Shown: positions 52,217 through 63,073, counted from the stretch's first letter. The stretch is DNA of 64,000 nucleotides from Candidatus Poribacteria bacterium (GCA_965219695.1 CBDCOJ010000031.1:414561-478560), one strand, 5' to 3'. Program-made: numbers and translations. Notes: generated from the sequence alone by a model not told the origin.

Positions 52217-54386
52217 ATGTCCATGCAACGAAACTTCCCTATATTTGTATGCGTCCTATTGGTATTCATGTTTAACTTCAGTTATTCTACCTATATCTTC
52301 GCACAAGATTCCGTGAATGAAAAGAAGACTGCCCAGAGTAATAAGGTTAATTCTACCGGATATGATGAGAGAATTGTAGATACTGCGCTTGATCTTGACG
52401 GAAAATCAAGTTACGTAGAAATCGGAGACAGTGAAACTTTAAACAATATTACGGAACAGTTGACGGTGTCAGTGTGGATAAGACCAACAAGTAATCCAAA
52501 TAGATACACAGCGATTTTATCAAAGACCGACGCATGGGTTGACCGTATCACGCATCGAAGTTTCATAATGAATTATAAGGAAGGTGGTTCAATTCAATTT
52601 GCAGCGTCTCCTGTCGGTGAAGGTGAAGCGTCTCTTTATTCCCCAAATGGTATCATCAAACACAACATCTGGACACATATAGCAGGCGTTATTGATGCAG
52701 AAAAGAATTACATGAAACTTTTTGTTAATGGAATTGAAGTCAGCAATAGAGATTTTAAATGGAAAGAAAGTATCTATAGAAGTCAGCTCCCGCTGCGTAT
52801 TGGGTGGTCACATGAGAATAGGACCGCTCAATCTTCATTTGTCGGGCAAATTGACGATGTGCGTATCTGGAACATTGCACGCACTAATGCAGATATCCGA
52901 TCTGATATGATTACTCCACTTAACGGGGATGAACCCGGCTTAGTTGGATATTGGAAATTTAATAAAGTAACAGACGGTATTATCTCGGATATGTCCCCAA
53001 ATCGTAACGATGGTCGATTGGCAGGCAATTCAGAACTGACAGAATACATCCGTCCAATTACTGCCTTGACCAGTAAGGAACAACTGGCAAAAGCAGCAAT
53101 TGCTTATGAAGAGGCACTCTCTCAAGGAACAAACTATTATGAAACGTTCCGTTATCTTGCCGAAATTTATATCAAAACAGAACGTATTTTAGATGCAGAA
53201 AAGGTCTATTTACGCGCATTAAAGGTAGACCTCACGCAAAGCGAACAAAACGATGCAATAAGAGACCTCTGGAGACTTTACACCGAGAGAGATGCAGTAG
53301 ATGAATTCCTTACAATACTTGAAGAACTGAAACCAAGAATGCAAGGAAGTTCTGTTCTGCATGAACTATTAGGTGATGCTTACAAAAACGCTGGTCAGAA
53401 AGAAAAAGCTGAAATTGCCTATACACAGTGGCTTAACATCCGAATGAAGGAAGTAAAAATGCAAGCTCGTGCGTCTGAATATCGCATCCTTGCGGAAGAA
53501 CTACTTAAGAAGAATCTTTTTCCTGATACTGCGTTGGAATTGGCGGAAATTGCATTGGAAAGAATATCTGGCTCAAGATATATGATTACCTGTGCCCATG
53601 CCTTACTCGTAAATGAGTTCTACGATGAGGCTTTTCACCAAATTAGCAGTTTTCTCAATGCTGGGTATTATGAATATACTGAACGTAGCATGTTTGAACG
53701 AATTGTTCAGGCAGGAAAAAATGTCAAAGACAAAGACGGATATATTGTGATGTTAAATCAACTTATTGATAATTTGACCTTTGATCTACCTGCACAATTA
53801 AATACTATCATGGCTTTAGCCCAATTCTATACAGTCAATAACCAGCATGAAAAAGCAGAAGCACTTATCCAAAAAAACAGGATTTATCACCGAAGACGCA
53901 TGGACGATTCTTGGTCCGTTTGACAACGTTGATAGAATCGGCTTTAATACTAAATACATTCCGGAAAACTTGCCGCAGATTGATGCCACCGCAAAATACG
54001 ATGGGAAAAATGGACAAGTGAGTTGGGAAAAATGTCAGGATAATTTTATTGACGGTTATATCCGTATCCAACCCACCGTTAATTGGAGTGTTGCATATTC
54101 ATTCGCAACTGTCCATTCTCCAGATGAACGGGAAGCCGAATTCCGTTTTGATTCCGATGACCAAGGTAAAGTCTGGTTAAACGGTATAGAGATGCATGCA
54201 CACACAAGAACCTATGCTACAGATATTGATAGAGATATTATTCCTGTGACTCTCTCTCCAGGAAAAAATAGTATCCTCATCAAGGTGTGTGAAGAGACCA
54301 GAGGTTCGGGATTTTATCTGCGGATTACCGACACAGATGGAAAACCCTTTGATGATTTAGTATTTTCTATCTCAGAGAGAAATTAA
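52217..54386 (+). CDS. Secreted LamG plus helical module plus conserved C-terminal domain protein (paralog P4); frameshift at A7 run 53869..53875
   Basis: The start is moved to ATG 52217, which has a GGAGGT RBS and is homologous to the P3 start. LamG ('LTVSVWIRPTSNPNRY...FVGQIDDVRIWNIA'). After 'HEKAEALIQK' the homologous sequence 'KTGFITEDAWTILGPFDN...' continues in the frame of ORF 53847..54386. Confidence 0.6.
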
Positions 54387-54480
54387 AATTGAATGTGGTT
54401 CAACTAAGCAAATTGTGTGAATCAACGCCTAAAATAGTTCAGAGCCATTCAATTGTCGAGTTTTCCCTATTAATTGTATT

Positions 54481-54686
54481 GTAGAAGCGAACTCCGGGGA
54501 ATGCCATACGCGCATTCATACCCGCCAAATGCCATACGCGCATTTGGCGTTGATTTGGACAGATGCCAACAGGCATGTGGCGTTGATTTGGGTGAATGAC
54601 TAAACGTCATTCATACCGTTGATTTCTTGATTTGGATTCCCGACCATCATTGTGTTTTGTCGCGATTCGGAGATCGCTCCTACAAG
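54481..54686. repeat. Dense cluster of family B (GAATGCC..GGCATTC / AATCAACGGTATGAATG) and family A palindromic repeats
   Basis: The cluster lies between P4 and the next gene. Confidence 0.7.
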
Positions 54687-54908
54687 AAGGAAAGTGTAGC
54701 ATGTGCGATTACTGGAGAATTGAATAACTCTGTAAAATAGATAAAAAGAACTTGACATATAATGTAATAATATAGTACACTATTAACAAACTCGTAGAAA
54801 ACTCAGCATTTAATCATTTTCCCAATAACGTTATGCCTATGGTCGCGCTCTTGTTAAGGAAATACCCTGTTTAGAGCAGCGCACTATGGTCATCGGGAGG
54901 TATACTTC

Positions 54909-56396
54909 ATGCAGGAAAAATTGATTCTTGAAAAGATTCGTCATGTCCGCCGTCGCTTGAACGTACAAGGATATTTTCAAACACTCGCGACGTTTCTATT
55001 ATTTGGACTTTTGGTGTGTGTCCCAGTAATTATCGTTGATAGCCTCATTACCTCTTTTAATATTCCACCACTTGTATTTCTCGGGATTGCAGGCGGCATT
55101 GCAGTCATCGCTCTGATTGTCCGTCTTATTCGGCCAGTTAATCTACAGGAAGCAGCCCGCGCAATTGATATAGACGCATCACTTAAAGACCGCGTCGTCA
55201 GCGGTCTGGAGCAGATTCAACGCAAAACCGATGAAACGTTGACCACTCTTCAAATCCAAGATACCTCTAAAAGGTTACAAGCAATTCCTATCAAACAGGT
55301 TGCTCGATATACTGTCCCGCGTGAAACTAAATACCTTGCTATTGTTGTCGCTTTTCTCATTACTTTCTCGTTTGTTGAGTTTTTTGCCCCACCTGCCACC
55401 TCAACAGAGATTGACTTCTCGCCAGAAATCGCTGCGGAGGCAGATACGCTGTTAAAAAAGATTGAAGAGGCAAAGAAAGAAGCTGAACTGAGTGAAGATC
55501 AGGAACTTAAAGAAATCTTGAAAGAAATTGAGGAAAGAACACTTAAGTTGAAAAAACCGCAGATTGCTCCAAAGGATGCTCTCGCCAGAATGACCGAATT
55601 GAGTGCGCTCTTGAAAACGAAAATAGACCCGCACAAAATGGCACAACAAGAAGAGTTGATGAAGGGACTCGGACAACAGTTCATTGGTAATCCGATCCTC
55701 GGCGAATTTGGGCAACAGTTGAAACGCGGTGATTACAAAGAAGCAGCTGACAAACTGGACAAAGTGGCAGAAGATGTTCCGAAGTTTGACCAAGAAAAAC
55801 GTCAAAACTTGTCCGATGAACTCAAACGTGCTGGTAAAAGCCTGAAGAATACTGACCTCGACGGTCTTGGAGGCGAATTATCTGGCACAGGGGAATCACT
55901 TGACGGAAACGATGCCGAAGGTGCTCAAAAAGGCCTGCGCGCTTCAGGGAAAAAAATCCGTGATTTTGATCTTCTCAAGAGTCGCAACCAACGGTTGGCA
56001 AAGTTATTGTCCGAATGTGAGGCATGCAAAGCAGGTATCGCAGGTGCTTGCAACAGCAAAGGTATTAACCCTGCTACAGGGCTGACAAAATTGTTATCTA
56101 ACAAACCGGGTCAGGGTATAGGTAATAAAACTTCTGAGACCCAACAAGGTGATCTTACTTCCCTCGATTCTACCCTTAATCTTGAACAGCTCACGGGTGT
56201 CCAAGGCGAAGGTAGTTCTACTGTTCAAACCTCCAAGGCATCGGCGGAAGGTCAAGAATCTGCCCTCAGTTACAAAGATGCTTATATGAAGTATCAGAAA
56301 CTTTCTGAAGATGCACTCACTGAAGAACAGATCCCTCTTGGTTATAAGTTCTATGTGAAACGTTACTTTGAATCGATTAAACCGACTGATGAGTAA
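54909..56396 (+). CDS. Hypothetical membrane-anchored coiled-coil protein
   Basis: 495 aa. Two N-terminal TM helices, a third helix near aa 140, then a long charged coiled-coil-like region. It lies upstream of the MoxR cluster on the same strand. Confidence 0.4.
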   Translation: MQEKLILEKIRHVRRRLNVQGYFQTLATFLLFGLLVCVPVIIVDSLITSFNIPPLVFLGIAGGIAVIALIVRLIRPVNLQEAARAIDIDASLKDRVVSGLEQIQRKTDETLTTLQIQDTSKRLQAIPIKQVARYTVPRETKYLAIVVAFLITFSFVEFFAPPATSTEIDFSPEIAAEADTLLKKIEEAKKEAELSEDQELKEILKEIEERTLKLKKPQIAPKDALARMTELSALLKTKIDPHKMAQQEELMKGLGQQFIGNPILGEFGQQLKRGDYKEAADKLDKVAEDVPKFDQEKRQNLSDELKRAGKSLKNTDLDGLGGELSGTGESLDGNDAEGAQKGLRASGKKIRDFDLLKSRNQRLAKLLSECEACKAGIAGACNSKGINPATGLTKLLSNKPGQGIGNKTSETQQGDLTSLDSTLNLEQLTGVQGEGSSTVQTSKASAEGQESALSYKDAYMKYQKLSEDALTEEQIPLGYKFYVKRYFESIKPTDE

Positions 56397-56485
56397 GTAA
56401 ACCGAGTTGTCATGTAAATCACCGCAGAGATGATGTGTCTTTGCGGTGATTTAATGTCTAAGCAATACTACCATTAGAGGGAAAC

Positions 56486-57469
56486 ATGTCCGAACAAGTT
56501 GAACAAAAACACGATGAATTCCGCGAAACCTTTCTAAAAATACAACAAGAGGTCTCCAAACGAATCGTTGGCCAAAAAGAGATCATTGAAGGCGTTCTTA
56601 TTTGCTTAATGACAGGTGGACATGCGCTATTAGAAGGAGTTCCTGGCTTAGGCAAAACGCTTCTTATACGAACACTGCATGAAGTGCTTGACCTTGAATT
56701 CTCTCGGATTCAATTCACACCCGACCTTATGCCTGCTGACATCGTAGGCACTACCGTCGTTGCTGAAGATGAAGACGGACGCAAATTCTTTGAATTTCAA
56801 CCTGGTCCTGTCTTTGCAAATCTTGTTCTCGCAGACGAAATCAACCGTGCAACCCCCAAAACACAATCTGCCTTGCTTGAAGCGATGCAGGAAAAATCCG
56901 TAACAGTTGCGGGACAGCACCGCTCCCTGGATTTACCTTTCTTCGTGATGGCAACTCAAAACCCGTTAGAAATGGAAGGGACATATCCTTTACCAGAGGC
57001 ACAACTTGACCGCTTTTTCTTCAAACTCAAAGTTGAATTTCCAAGCCTTGATGAACTTGACATCGTTATGGAGCGCACTACGAAACGCGAAATGCCTACT
57101 GTTGAAAAGGTTTGCGATGGTAAGTCGATTAACGAATTAGAACAGATTGTCCGTGACATTCTCGTCGCTGAAGACGTTCGCAAATACGCCTTACGAATTG
57201 TTATGGGAACACACCCAGAAGTAGAAGATGCGCCGGAAAAGACAAAACAATATGTCCGATACGGTTCAAGTCCTCGTGGTGCTCAGGCTTTGATTCTCGC
57301 AAGTAAGGTACGTGCAATCCTTGATGGTAGATATAATGTTGCCCGTGAAGACATTCAAGCAGTTGCGCTGCCAAGTCTGCGTCATCGTCTAATTCTTAGT
57401 TTTGAAGGCGAAGCTGAAGGCATTGATCCGGACAGCATCATCCAACATCTGTTAGAAGTTATTGATTGA
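56486..57469 (+). CDS. MoxR-family AAA+ ATPase
   Basis: 'GHALLEGVPGLGKTLL' (Walker A), 'VLADEINRATPKTQSALLEAMQE' (Walker B / sensor). 327 aa, typical MoxR length. Confidence 0.85.
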   Translation: MSEQVEQKHDEFRETFLKIQQEVSKRIVGQKEIIEGVLICLMTGGHALLEGVPGLGKTLLIRTLHEVLDLEFSRIQFTPDLMPADIVGTTVVAEDEDGRKFFEFQPGPVFANLVLADEINRATPKTQSALLEAMQEKSVTVAGQHRSLDLPFFVMATQNPLEMEGTYPLPEAQLDRFFFKLKVEFPSLDELDIVMERTTKREMPTVEKVCDGKSINELEQIVRDILVAEDVRKYALRIVMGTHPEVEDAPEKTKQYVRYGSSPRGAQALILASKVRAILDGRYNVAREDIQAVALPSLRHRLILSFEGEAEGIDPDSIIQHLLEVID

Positions 57470-57591
57470 TTCCTTCCTACAGGAGTGAATTAACACTGAA
57501 TGCGCGTAAGGCATTCAGTGAGTTGTAAATACCATTTCTAAAAAATAACTTCTCTTATAGTGGATTCTACAATTAACTGGACATCTGAACG

Positions 57592-57654
57592 GTAGGAGGG
57601 AACTCCGATTCCCGACTATTAGTAGTTGCGTCGCGATTCGGAGATCGCTCCTAC
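57592..57654. repeat. Family A palindromic repeat
   Basis: GTAGGAGGGAACTCCGATTCCCGAC ... GTCGCGATTCGGAGATCGCTCCTAC. Confidence 0.8.
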
Positions 57655-57702
57655 AGAATTTATGTAAACTTATTTACATAATTTACTATAAGAAATAGCC
57701 TG

Positions 57703-57739
57703 CTCGTAGTCGCGCAATTTATTGCGCCTCTTACATTTC
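57703..57739 (+). repeat. Hairpin repeat family C
   Basis: CTCGTAGTCGCGCAATTTATTGCGCCTCTTACATTTC. Confidence 0.7.
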
Positions 57740-57792
57740 ATTTCAAAGAAAAAATCATAGAATTGATATAACTCTCACCGCGCGAGGTTCCT

Positions 57793-58680
57793 ATGAACGA
57801 AACTGAATCTGCATTTGACAGCGACTTTCTCAAAAAACTTGAATACCTTTATATCGTTTCAAAGAAGATCTTTGCTGGAAGAATTAAAGCTGAACGCCGC
57901 AGCACGCGGCGCGGTGTTAGTGTTGAATTTGCCGATTACCGGAACTATACCGCTGGTGACGATTTTCGTTATATTGATTGGAACGCATTCGCAAGATTAG
58001 ATGAACTCCTGCTCAAACTCTACGAAGAACGCGAAGACCTGCACATCTACTTCCTCGTTGATGTCAGCCAATCCATGACTTATGGCGAATTACCAAAACT
58101 GATTTATGCCAAACGTGTTGCTGCGGCGCTTGCCTACATCGGACTATCCAACCTTGACCGCATCGGGATTACTGCTTTTAATACCACCGACATGAATCGG
58201 TTACCTACTGAACGTGGAAAAGGAAAGATTTTTACTGTGCTCAATTTCCTGGATCAGATTGATGGGACTGGAGAAACCGATCTGGAAAGCGCCTTTCACA
58301 ATTTTGTTCACCTGACCAAACGTCGTGGATTAGTCGTCCTGATTTCTGACCTCTTTGATCCCAAAGGGTTTACTGCTGGTCTGAATATGCTGAAATTCCA
58401 AAAGCATGATCTATTCGTGATTCACATAATTGACGAAAAGGAAGCGGAACCCAACCTGCTGGGGGATTACCATCTCGTTGACGTTGAAACCGATCAACTC
58501 CGACCTGTAACAATTAACGAAAATCATATTAAACGCTATCAGGCTCTTTTCAAAAAATATTGTGATGACCTTGACCGATACTGTACACAACGAGAGATCA
58601 GCATTGTGCGGACAATGACAAAAGCACCTTTTGAAGAACTCATCCTACGTATTTTCCGAATGGGTGGTTTTGTATCTTAA
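57793..58680 (+). CDS. DUF58 domain protein (MoxR-associated, vWA-like)
   Basis: 'RRGVSVEFADYRNYTAGDDFRYIDWNAFARLDEL' is the DUF58 signature. Confidence 0.75.
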   Translation: MNETESAFDSDFLKKLEYLYIVSKKIFAGRIKAERRSTRRGVSVEFADYRNYTAGDDFRYIDWNAFARLDELLLKLYEEREDLHIYFLVDVSQSMTYGELPKLIYAKRVAAALAYIGLSNLDRIGITAFNTTDMNRLPTERGKGKIFTVLNFLDQIDGTGETDLESAFHNFVHLTKRRGLVVLISDLFDPKGFTAGLNMLKFQKHDLFVIHIIDEKEAEPNLLGDYHLVDVETDQLRPVTINENHIKRYQALFKKYCDDLDRYCTQREISIVRTMTKAPFEELILRIFRMGGFVS

Positions 58681-58718
58681 CGGATCAATTTTAGCAAACA
58701 TTGTCCATCTGAAATTGA

Positions 58719-60788
58719 TTGATGAATTTTTTATCCCCCATCTCATTATTCCTATTTGGCCTTGCCATTCCCATAATCGCTTTGTATATCCTAAAACTGA
58801 GGCGGAGACGCGAACCTGTCTCCACATTGATGTTTTGGGAACAACTTTTCAAAGAAAGACAAACAACCTCTCTATTCCAAAGACTAAAACATCTTTTATC
58901 CTTACTGCTTCAATTGCTATTTCTTGCACTTTTAGTGTTTGCTATTGCCCGACCGCAGTTTGCCTTTATCACGAAATCCGCTCGACAACTCATCTTAATT
59001 ATAGATCATTCAGCAAGCATGAATGCTGTTCTTAATCTTGATCCTGATAATCCTTCTTCCGAATCCCGCTTGGATTCTGCGAAACAGCAAGCGCTTGAGA
59101 TGGTAAAAGGACTACGGTTTATGGATGAAATGTCAGTTATCAGCTGCAATACACGTCCAGTAATCCATACCCCATTTACAAACCACCAAAAAACGCTTAG
59201 AGAAGCAATTGAATCAATTAAACCAACCGATGTAAAGACAGACCTAAAGTCCGCGATAGATTTAGCGTTTGATGTGGCACAAACAAAACCGAACCCAGAA
59301 ATTGTTATCCTCAGCGACTTTCAGTCAGTTTCTGAGGAAACGCTTGCCAAATTCCAAGAATCTATCCAACAAAACACTACAGCCGAAGAAAAACAGGATA
59401 AAAAAGAAAATATCAAACTCCATCTCATCAGGGTTGGTGAAGACAGCAATAACGTTGGCATCACCCAATTCCGAGTCCGAAAGAGTATCGTTAATGCCTT
59501 TGATTACGAAACACTACTGACTGTCGTTAACGCTTCTAATGCAGAAAAGAAGTGCAGTATAGAACTCTATTTTAATGAGAGTCTATTTGATGTCCGTCCT
59601 TACACACTTGCACCTGGAGAGAAAAAGTCCGAAATTTTCAGTAATTTTACTTTTGAGGGCGGAGAATTAAAAGCAGTGTTAGACGTTACAGACGCGCTTC
59701 CTACTGATAATGTTGCTTATGCAACGCTACCAAAACGAGAACTCATCTCTGTTTTATTGGTGACAAACGAGAATCCATTTCTGCAAAAAGTCCTTTCGGT
59801 TGATGAAAAGCTAAACCTAAGTATTATGACTCCAGCAGAATACGAGTCTGGTGCTAAAGACGCTGAGGTTGTTGTTTTTGACCGGTTTAGCCCAACGACG
59901 CTTGGAGATGGGAATTATATGTTCATCTATCCTCCCAAAGTCAATGAGGGTGAAACCAACCCCATTGCAACATGGAACATCGGAGAAGCACTTGAAACGC
60001 CCATTATCACGGATTGGGAACGAACACATCCGATCTTACGCCACGTTCATTTAGAAAATGTGTTAATCGGTGAGGCATACGAGGTCACTCCACCCTCTAC
60101 AGCACAAATTCTCGCGCGTTCATTTGAATCTCCTGTGCTGTTCGTTGATGTAACACCGAAGCGAAAAATTGTTTTTGCTGCGATTAACATCCTTGAATCT
60201 GACCTACCATTGCGCATTGCATTTCCCGTCATTATCGCTAATACTATCCAATGGTTTCAACAAAGTGAAGGTATACAGGAATATCACCTGCACACAGGTG
60301 AAGTCCTCCGCTATAAGGTAGATTCCCAAACTAATTCCGACGCCCAAATTAATCAAGAAGATACCCCTTCTGAAAACTCACAAAAAACCCTAAGAGTTAA
60401 CGGTCCAGGAGAAAAATCGTGGGACGTTCCCATTGAGAATGATGAGATACTTTTTGATCAAACCTTACATGCCGGTTTTTACGAGTTAACTTTCTCAGAT
60501 AAACCCGCAGCTGACAATGAAGATAGAACTACTAACAATAACGAAAATGAATCTACAAACAACAACGAAGAAGCCGATGACCAGAAACAGGTATGGGCAG
60601 TCAACTTGGCAAGTGAGACAGAATCGAATATCGGTATTGCTGAAGGAATTGAAGACTTATTAGCAGAATCAGATGTTTTAGGCAGCGGTTCATTTTTTCG
60701 TTATCCGCCTTGGATATATTTGGTATTCCTTGCTGTAATTCTAAGTGTTGTAGAGTGGTTTCTGTATCAGCGTAGAAGAATTGATTAA
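58719..60788 (+). CDS. BatA-like vWA protein with N-terminal double-TM domain and C-terminal TM
   Basis: 'ISLFLFGLAIPIIALYILKLRRRREP' is a BatA-type N-terminus. vWA MIDAS 'LILIIDHSASMNA'. There is a C-terminal hydrophobic helix. Confidence 0.65.
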   Translation: MMNFLSPISLFLFGLAIPIIALYILKLRRRREPVSTLMFWEQLFKERQTTSLFQRLKHLLSLLLQLLFLALLVFAIARPQFAFITKSARQLILIIDHSASMNAVLNLDPDNPSSESRLDSAKQQALEMVKGLRFMDEMSVISCNTRPVIHTPFTNHQKTLREAIESIKPTDVKTDLKSAIDLAFDVAQTKPNPEIVILSDFQSVSEETLAKFQESIQQNTTAEEKQDKKENIKLHLIRVGEDSNNVGITQFRVRKSIVNAFDYETLLTVVNASNAEKKCSIELYFNESLFDVRPYTLAPGEKKSEIFSNFTFEGGELKAVLDVTDALPTDNVAYATLPKRELISVLLVTNENPFLQKVLSVDEKLNLSIMTPAEYESGAKDAEVVVFDRFSPTTLGDGNYMFIYPPKVNEGETNPIATWNIGEALETPIITDWERTHPILRHVHLENVLIGEAYEVTPPSTAQILARSFESPVLFVDVTPKRKIVFAAINILESDLPLRIAFPVIIANTIQWFQQSEGIQEYHLHTGEVLRYKVDSQTNSDAQINQEDTPSENSQKTLRVNGPGEKSWDVPIENDEILFDQTLHAGFYELTFSDKPAADNEDRTTNNNENESTNNNEEADDQKQVWAVNLASETESNIGIAEGIEDLLAESDVLGSGSFFRYPPWIYLVFLAVILSVVEWFLYQRRRID

Positions 60789-60819
60789 ACGAAATTTGAC
60801 CTTAACCGCCATGCAAAGT

Positions 60820-60894
60820 GCTACTATATGCAAATAGACTTGACATATAGTGCTACTATATGCAAATAGACTTGACATATAGTAGCACTATATG
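60820..60894. repeat. Tandem 32-bp direct repeat, each unit containing the palindrome CATATAGT-N3-ACTATATG and a TTGACA hexamer
   Basis: GCTACTATATGCAAATAGACTTGACATATAGT occurs twice, followed by a partial third copy, directly upstream of the DUF4143 ATPase gene. Confidence 0.7.
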
Positions 60895-60907
60895 TTACTC
60901 TAATTGT

Positions 60908-62071
60908 ATGGTAAAAAGACAATTTTGGCTTAATCGTATTGAAACTGCTTGGGAACGCCGTTCTGTCGTATGGTTATCTGGTGTACGTCGAGTCGGAAAA
61001 ACGTGTTTGTGCCAGACACTTCCGAACATTGAATATTTTGACTGTGAACTCCCTCGTGTCAGGCGTCTGATGGAAGACCCGCAAGGGTTTCTTGATAGTA
61101 TTAAAAATGGACGAATTGTCCTTGATGAAATCCATAGATTACCGAATCCGTCAGAATTGCTAAAAATCGCCGCTGATCATTATCCACAGATTCATATTAT
61201 CGCAACCGGTTCATCAACACTGGGGGCAAGTGCAAAATTTCGGGATACGCTTGCCGGGCGTAAAACGGAATTGTGGCTAACCCCAATTATAAAAGCCGAT
61301 CTTGCTGATTTTAATCAAACAGACCTTCAACATCGTTTACTGCACGGTGGATTGCCTCCATTTTTTCTTGAGTTGGAATTTCCTGAGTATGAGTTCCAAG
61401 AATGGATAGATGCCTATTGGGCAAAAGATATTCAAGAACTTTTTCGGCTTGAACGCCGATACTCGTTTCAGAAATTTGTAGAACTCCTGATGGCACAGAG
61501 CGGTGGTGTTTTTGAAGCTACCCGCTTTGCAGCAGCCTGCGAGGTCAGTCGAGGTACAATCTCTAATTTTCTTTTTATATTAGAAGCGACTTTTGTTGTG
61601 AATATCTTACGACCCTTTAGCTCCCGCCGCTCAACTGAAATTGTTGCTGCTCCGAAAGTCTATGGATTTGACACCGGCTTTGTCTGTTATCACCGAGGAT
61701 GGTCACAATTGCGGCAAGACGATTTAGGTGTCTTATGGGAACACTTTGTGCTAAATGAGATTATGGCGCGCACACAATCGCGCGATATCCAATACTGGCG
61801 CGACAAAAGAGGGCATGAAGTCGATTTTGTGATTACACGTAAACGTGACATACCAGTTGCCATTGAGTGTAAATGGACTGCTGCGGGATTTTCACCGCGT
61901 CAATTGCTTGCATTTCGTAGACAATATCCTGATGGGAAGAATTTTGTTGTCGCACACGATGTGGATAACCCTTTTACGAGAGAGTACAACGGTATCGTGG
62001 TAAAGTTCGTGAATTTGGATATGTTGATTACCGAAATATTTGACAAGAAGGACGGTAATAGAGAAGGATAA
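60908..62071 (+). CDS. AAA+ superfamily ATPase with DUF4143-type C-terminal domain
   Basis: 'WLSGVRRVGKT' P-loop, 'IVLDEIH' Walker B, and the conserved DUF4143-like C-terminal half. The start is moved to ATG 60908. Confidence 0.6.
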   Translation: MVKRQFWLNRIETAWERRSVVWLSGVRRVGKTCLCQTLPNIEYFDCELPRVRRLMEDPQGFLDSIKNGRIVLDEIHRLPNPSELLKIAADHYPQIHIIATGSSTLGASAKFRDTLAGRKTELWLTPIIKADLADFNQTDLQHRLLHGGLPPFFLELEFPEYEFQEWIDAYWAKDIQELFRLERRYSFQKFVELLMAQSGGVFEATRFAAACEVSRGTISNFLFILEATFVVNILRPFSSRRSTEIVAAPKVYGFDTGFVCYHRGWSQLRQDDLGVLWEHFVLNEIMARTQSRDIQYWRDKRGHEVDFVITRKRDIPVAIECKWTAAGFSPRQLLAFRRQYPDGKNFVVAHDVDNPFTREYNGIVVKFVNLDMLITEIFDKKDGNREG

Positions 62072-62158
62072 CATAAAGGTCAAAATGGTTAGTATCAAAA
62101 CAATAGTTTTATTTTTCAGATCTGAGGTCCACCACACCGTTCTCTGAAAGTAGAGCGA

Positions 62159-63073
62159 ATGGAGAATATGTCAGACGCAACAGAGACATCCCACTTAAAC
62201 ATAAATAATACATCTAATCTTCAACCAATGGGTGTTGGTGACATTCTCGATACGACTTTTAGTTTGTATAGGAAGCACTTCTTGCTGTTTTTGGGAATTG
62301 CAAGCATATACTTCTTCGCAATTCTAATTGAATATTCGTTGAAAGGGTTTATATCAGGCACTATCCAAAAAGCACTGATACCAACCCTCACTGCGATGCC
62401 ATTCGCAATAGTAAGCATAGGCGGGGTAATCTTGGCAAGTGCCACTGTTTACTTAGGTGAAAACATTACAAGCAGTGCCGCACTTAAACAAGTGTTAAAA
62501 AGGTTTATCCCAGTGTTAGGCAGTCATCTAATATGGAGACTGTTTTTTGTTCTTACATTTCTGAGTATAGGTTTTTCAATTATCCTAACGATACGTCAAG
62601 GGGCATCCGGTATACTTTTAGGATTAATTGGTTTTCCAATAGCATTCTATTTTCTTATATGTTGGGTGTTTCACTTACCAATTGTGCTACTTGAAGTGCC
62701 ACGTGTCGTATACGCACTCAAACGGAGTACAGAACTGGTTCGTAGTACGTGGTGGCAAGTCGTTGGAATTCTAATTCTGATCCTTCTGACGAGTTACGCA
62801 ATTGCAGTCATATTTAAGGTATCACTTGGATTCATGTTCGTTTTCGCAAAATTCGCTGGCAATACCGATTTAAGAAGTGTTATAGAATGGGCAATAATGG
62901 AAAATCTCCTTGATACCAGTAACTTCTATTTTTACACAATTATGATATGCGCTGATCTAATTCTTACTACTCTTGTTTTTCCGATATGGACAATTGGACT
63001 CACGCTTCTATATTTTGATCGCCGGACACGTAAAGAGAGCTCTGATGTTGAACTCACTGCAGACAATACCTAA
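62159..63073 (+). CDS. Polytopic membrane protein (hypothetical)
   Basis: 304 aa with 6 to 7 hydrophobic helices. Confidence 0.4.
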   Translation: MENMSDATETSHLNINNTSNLQPMGVGDILDTTFSLYRKHFLLFLGIASIYFFAILIEYSLKGFISGTIQKALIPTLTAMPFAIVSIGGVILASATVYLGENITSSAALKQVLKRFIPVLGSHLIWRLFFVLTFLSIGFSIILTIRQGASGILLGLIGFPIAFYFLICWVFHLPIVLLEVPRVVYALKRSTELVRSTWWQVVGILILILLTSYAIAVIFKVSLGFMFVFAKFAGNTDLRSVIEWAIMENLLDTSNFYFYTIMICADLILTTLVFPIWTIGLTLLYFDRRTRKESSDVELTADNT

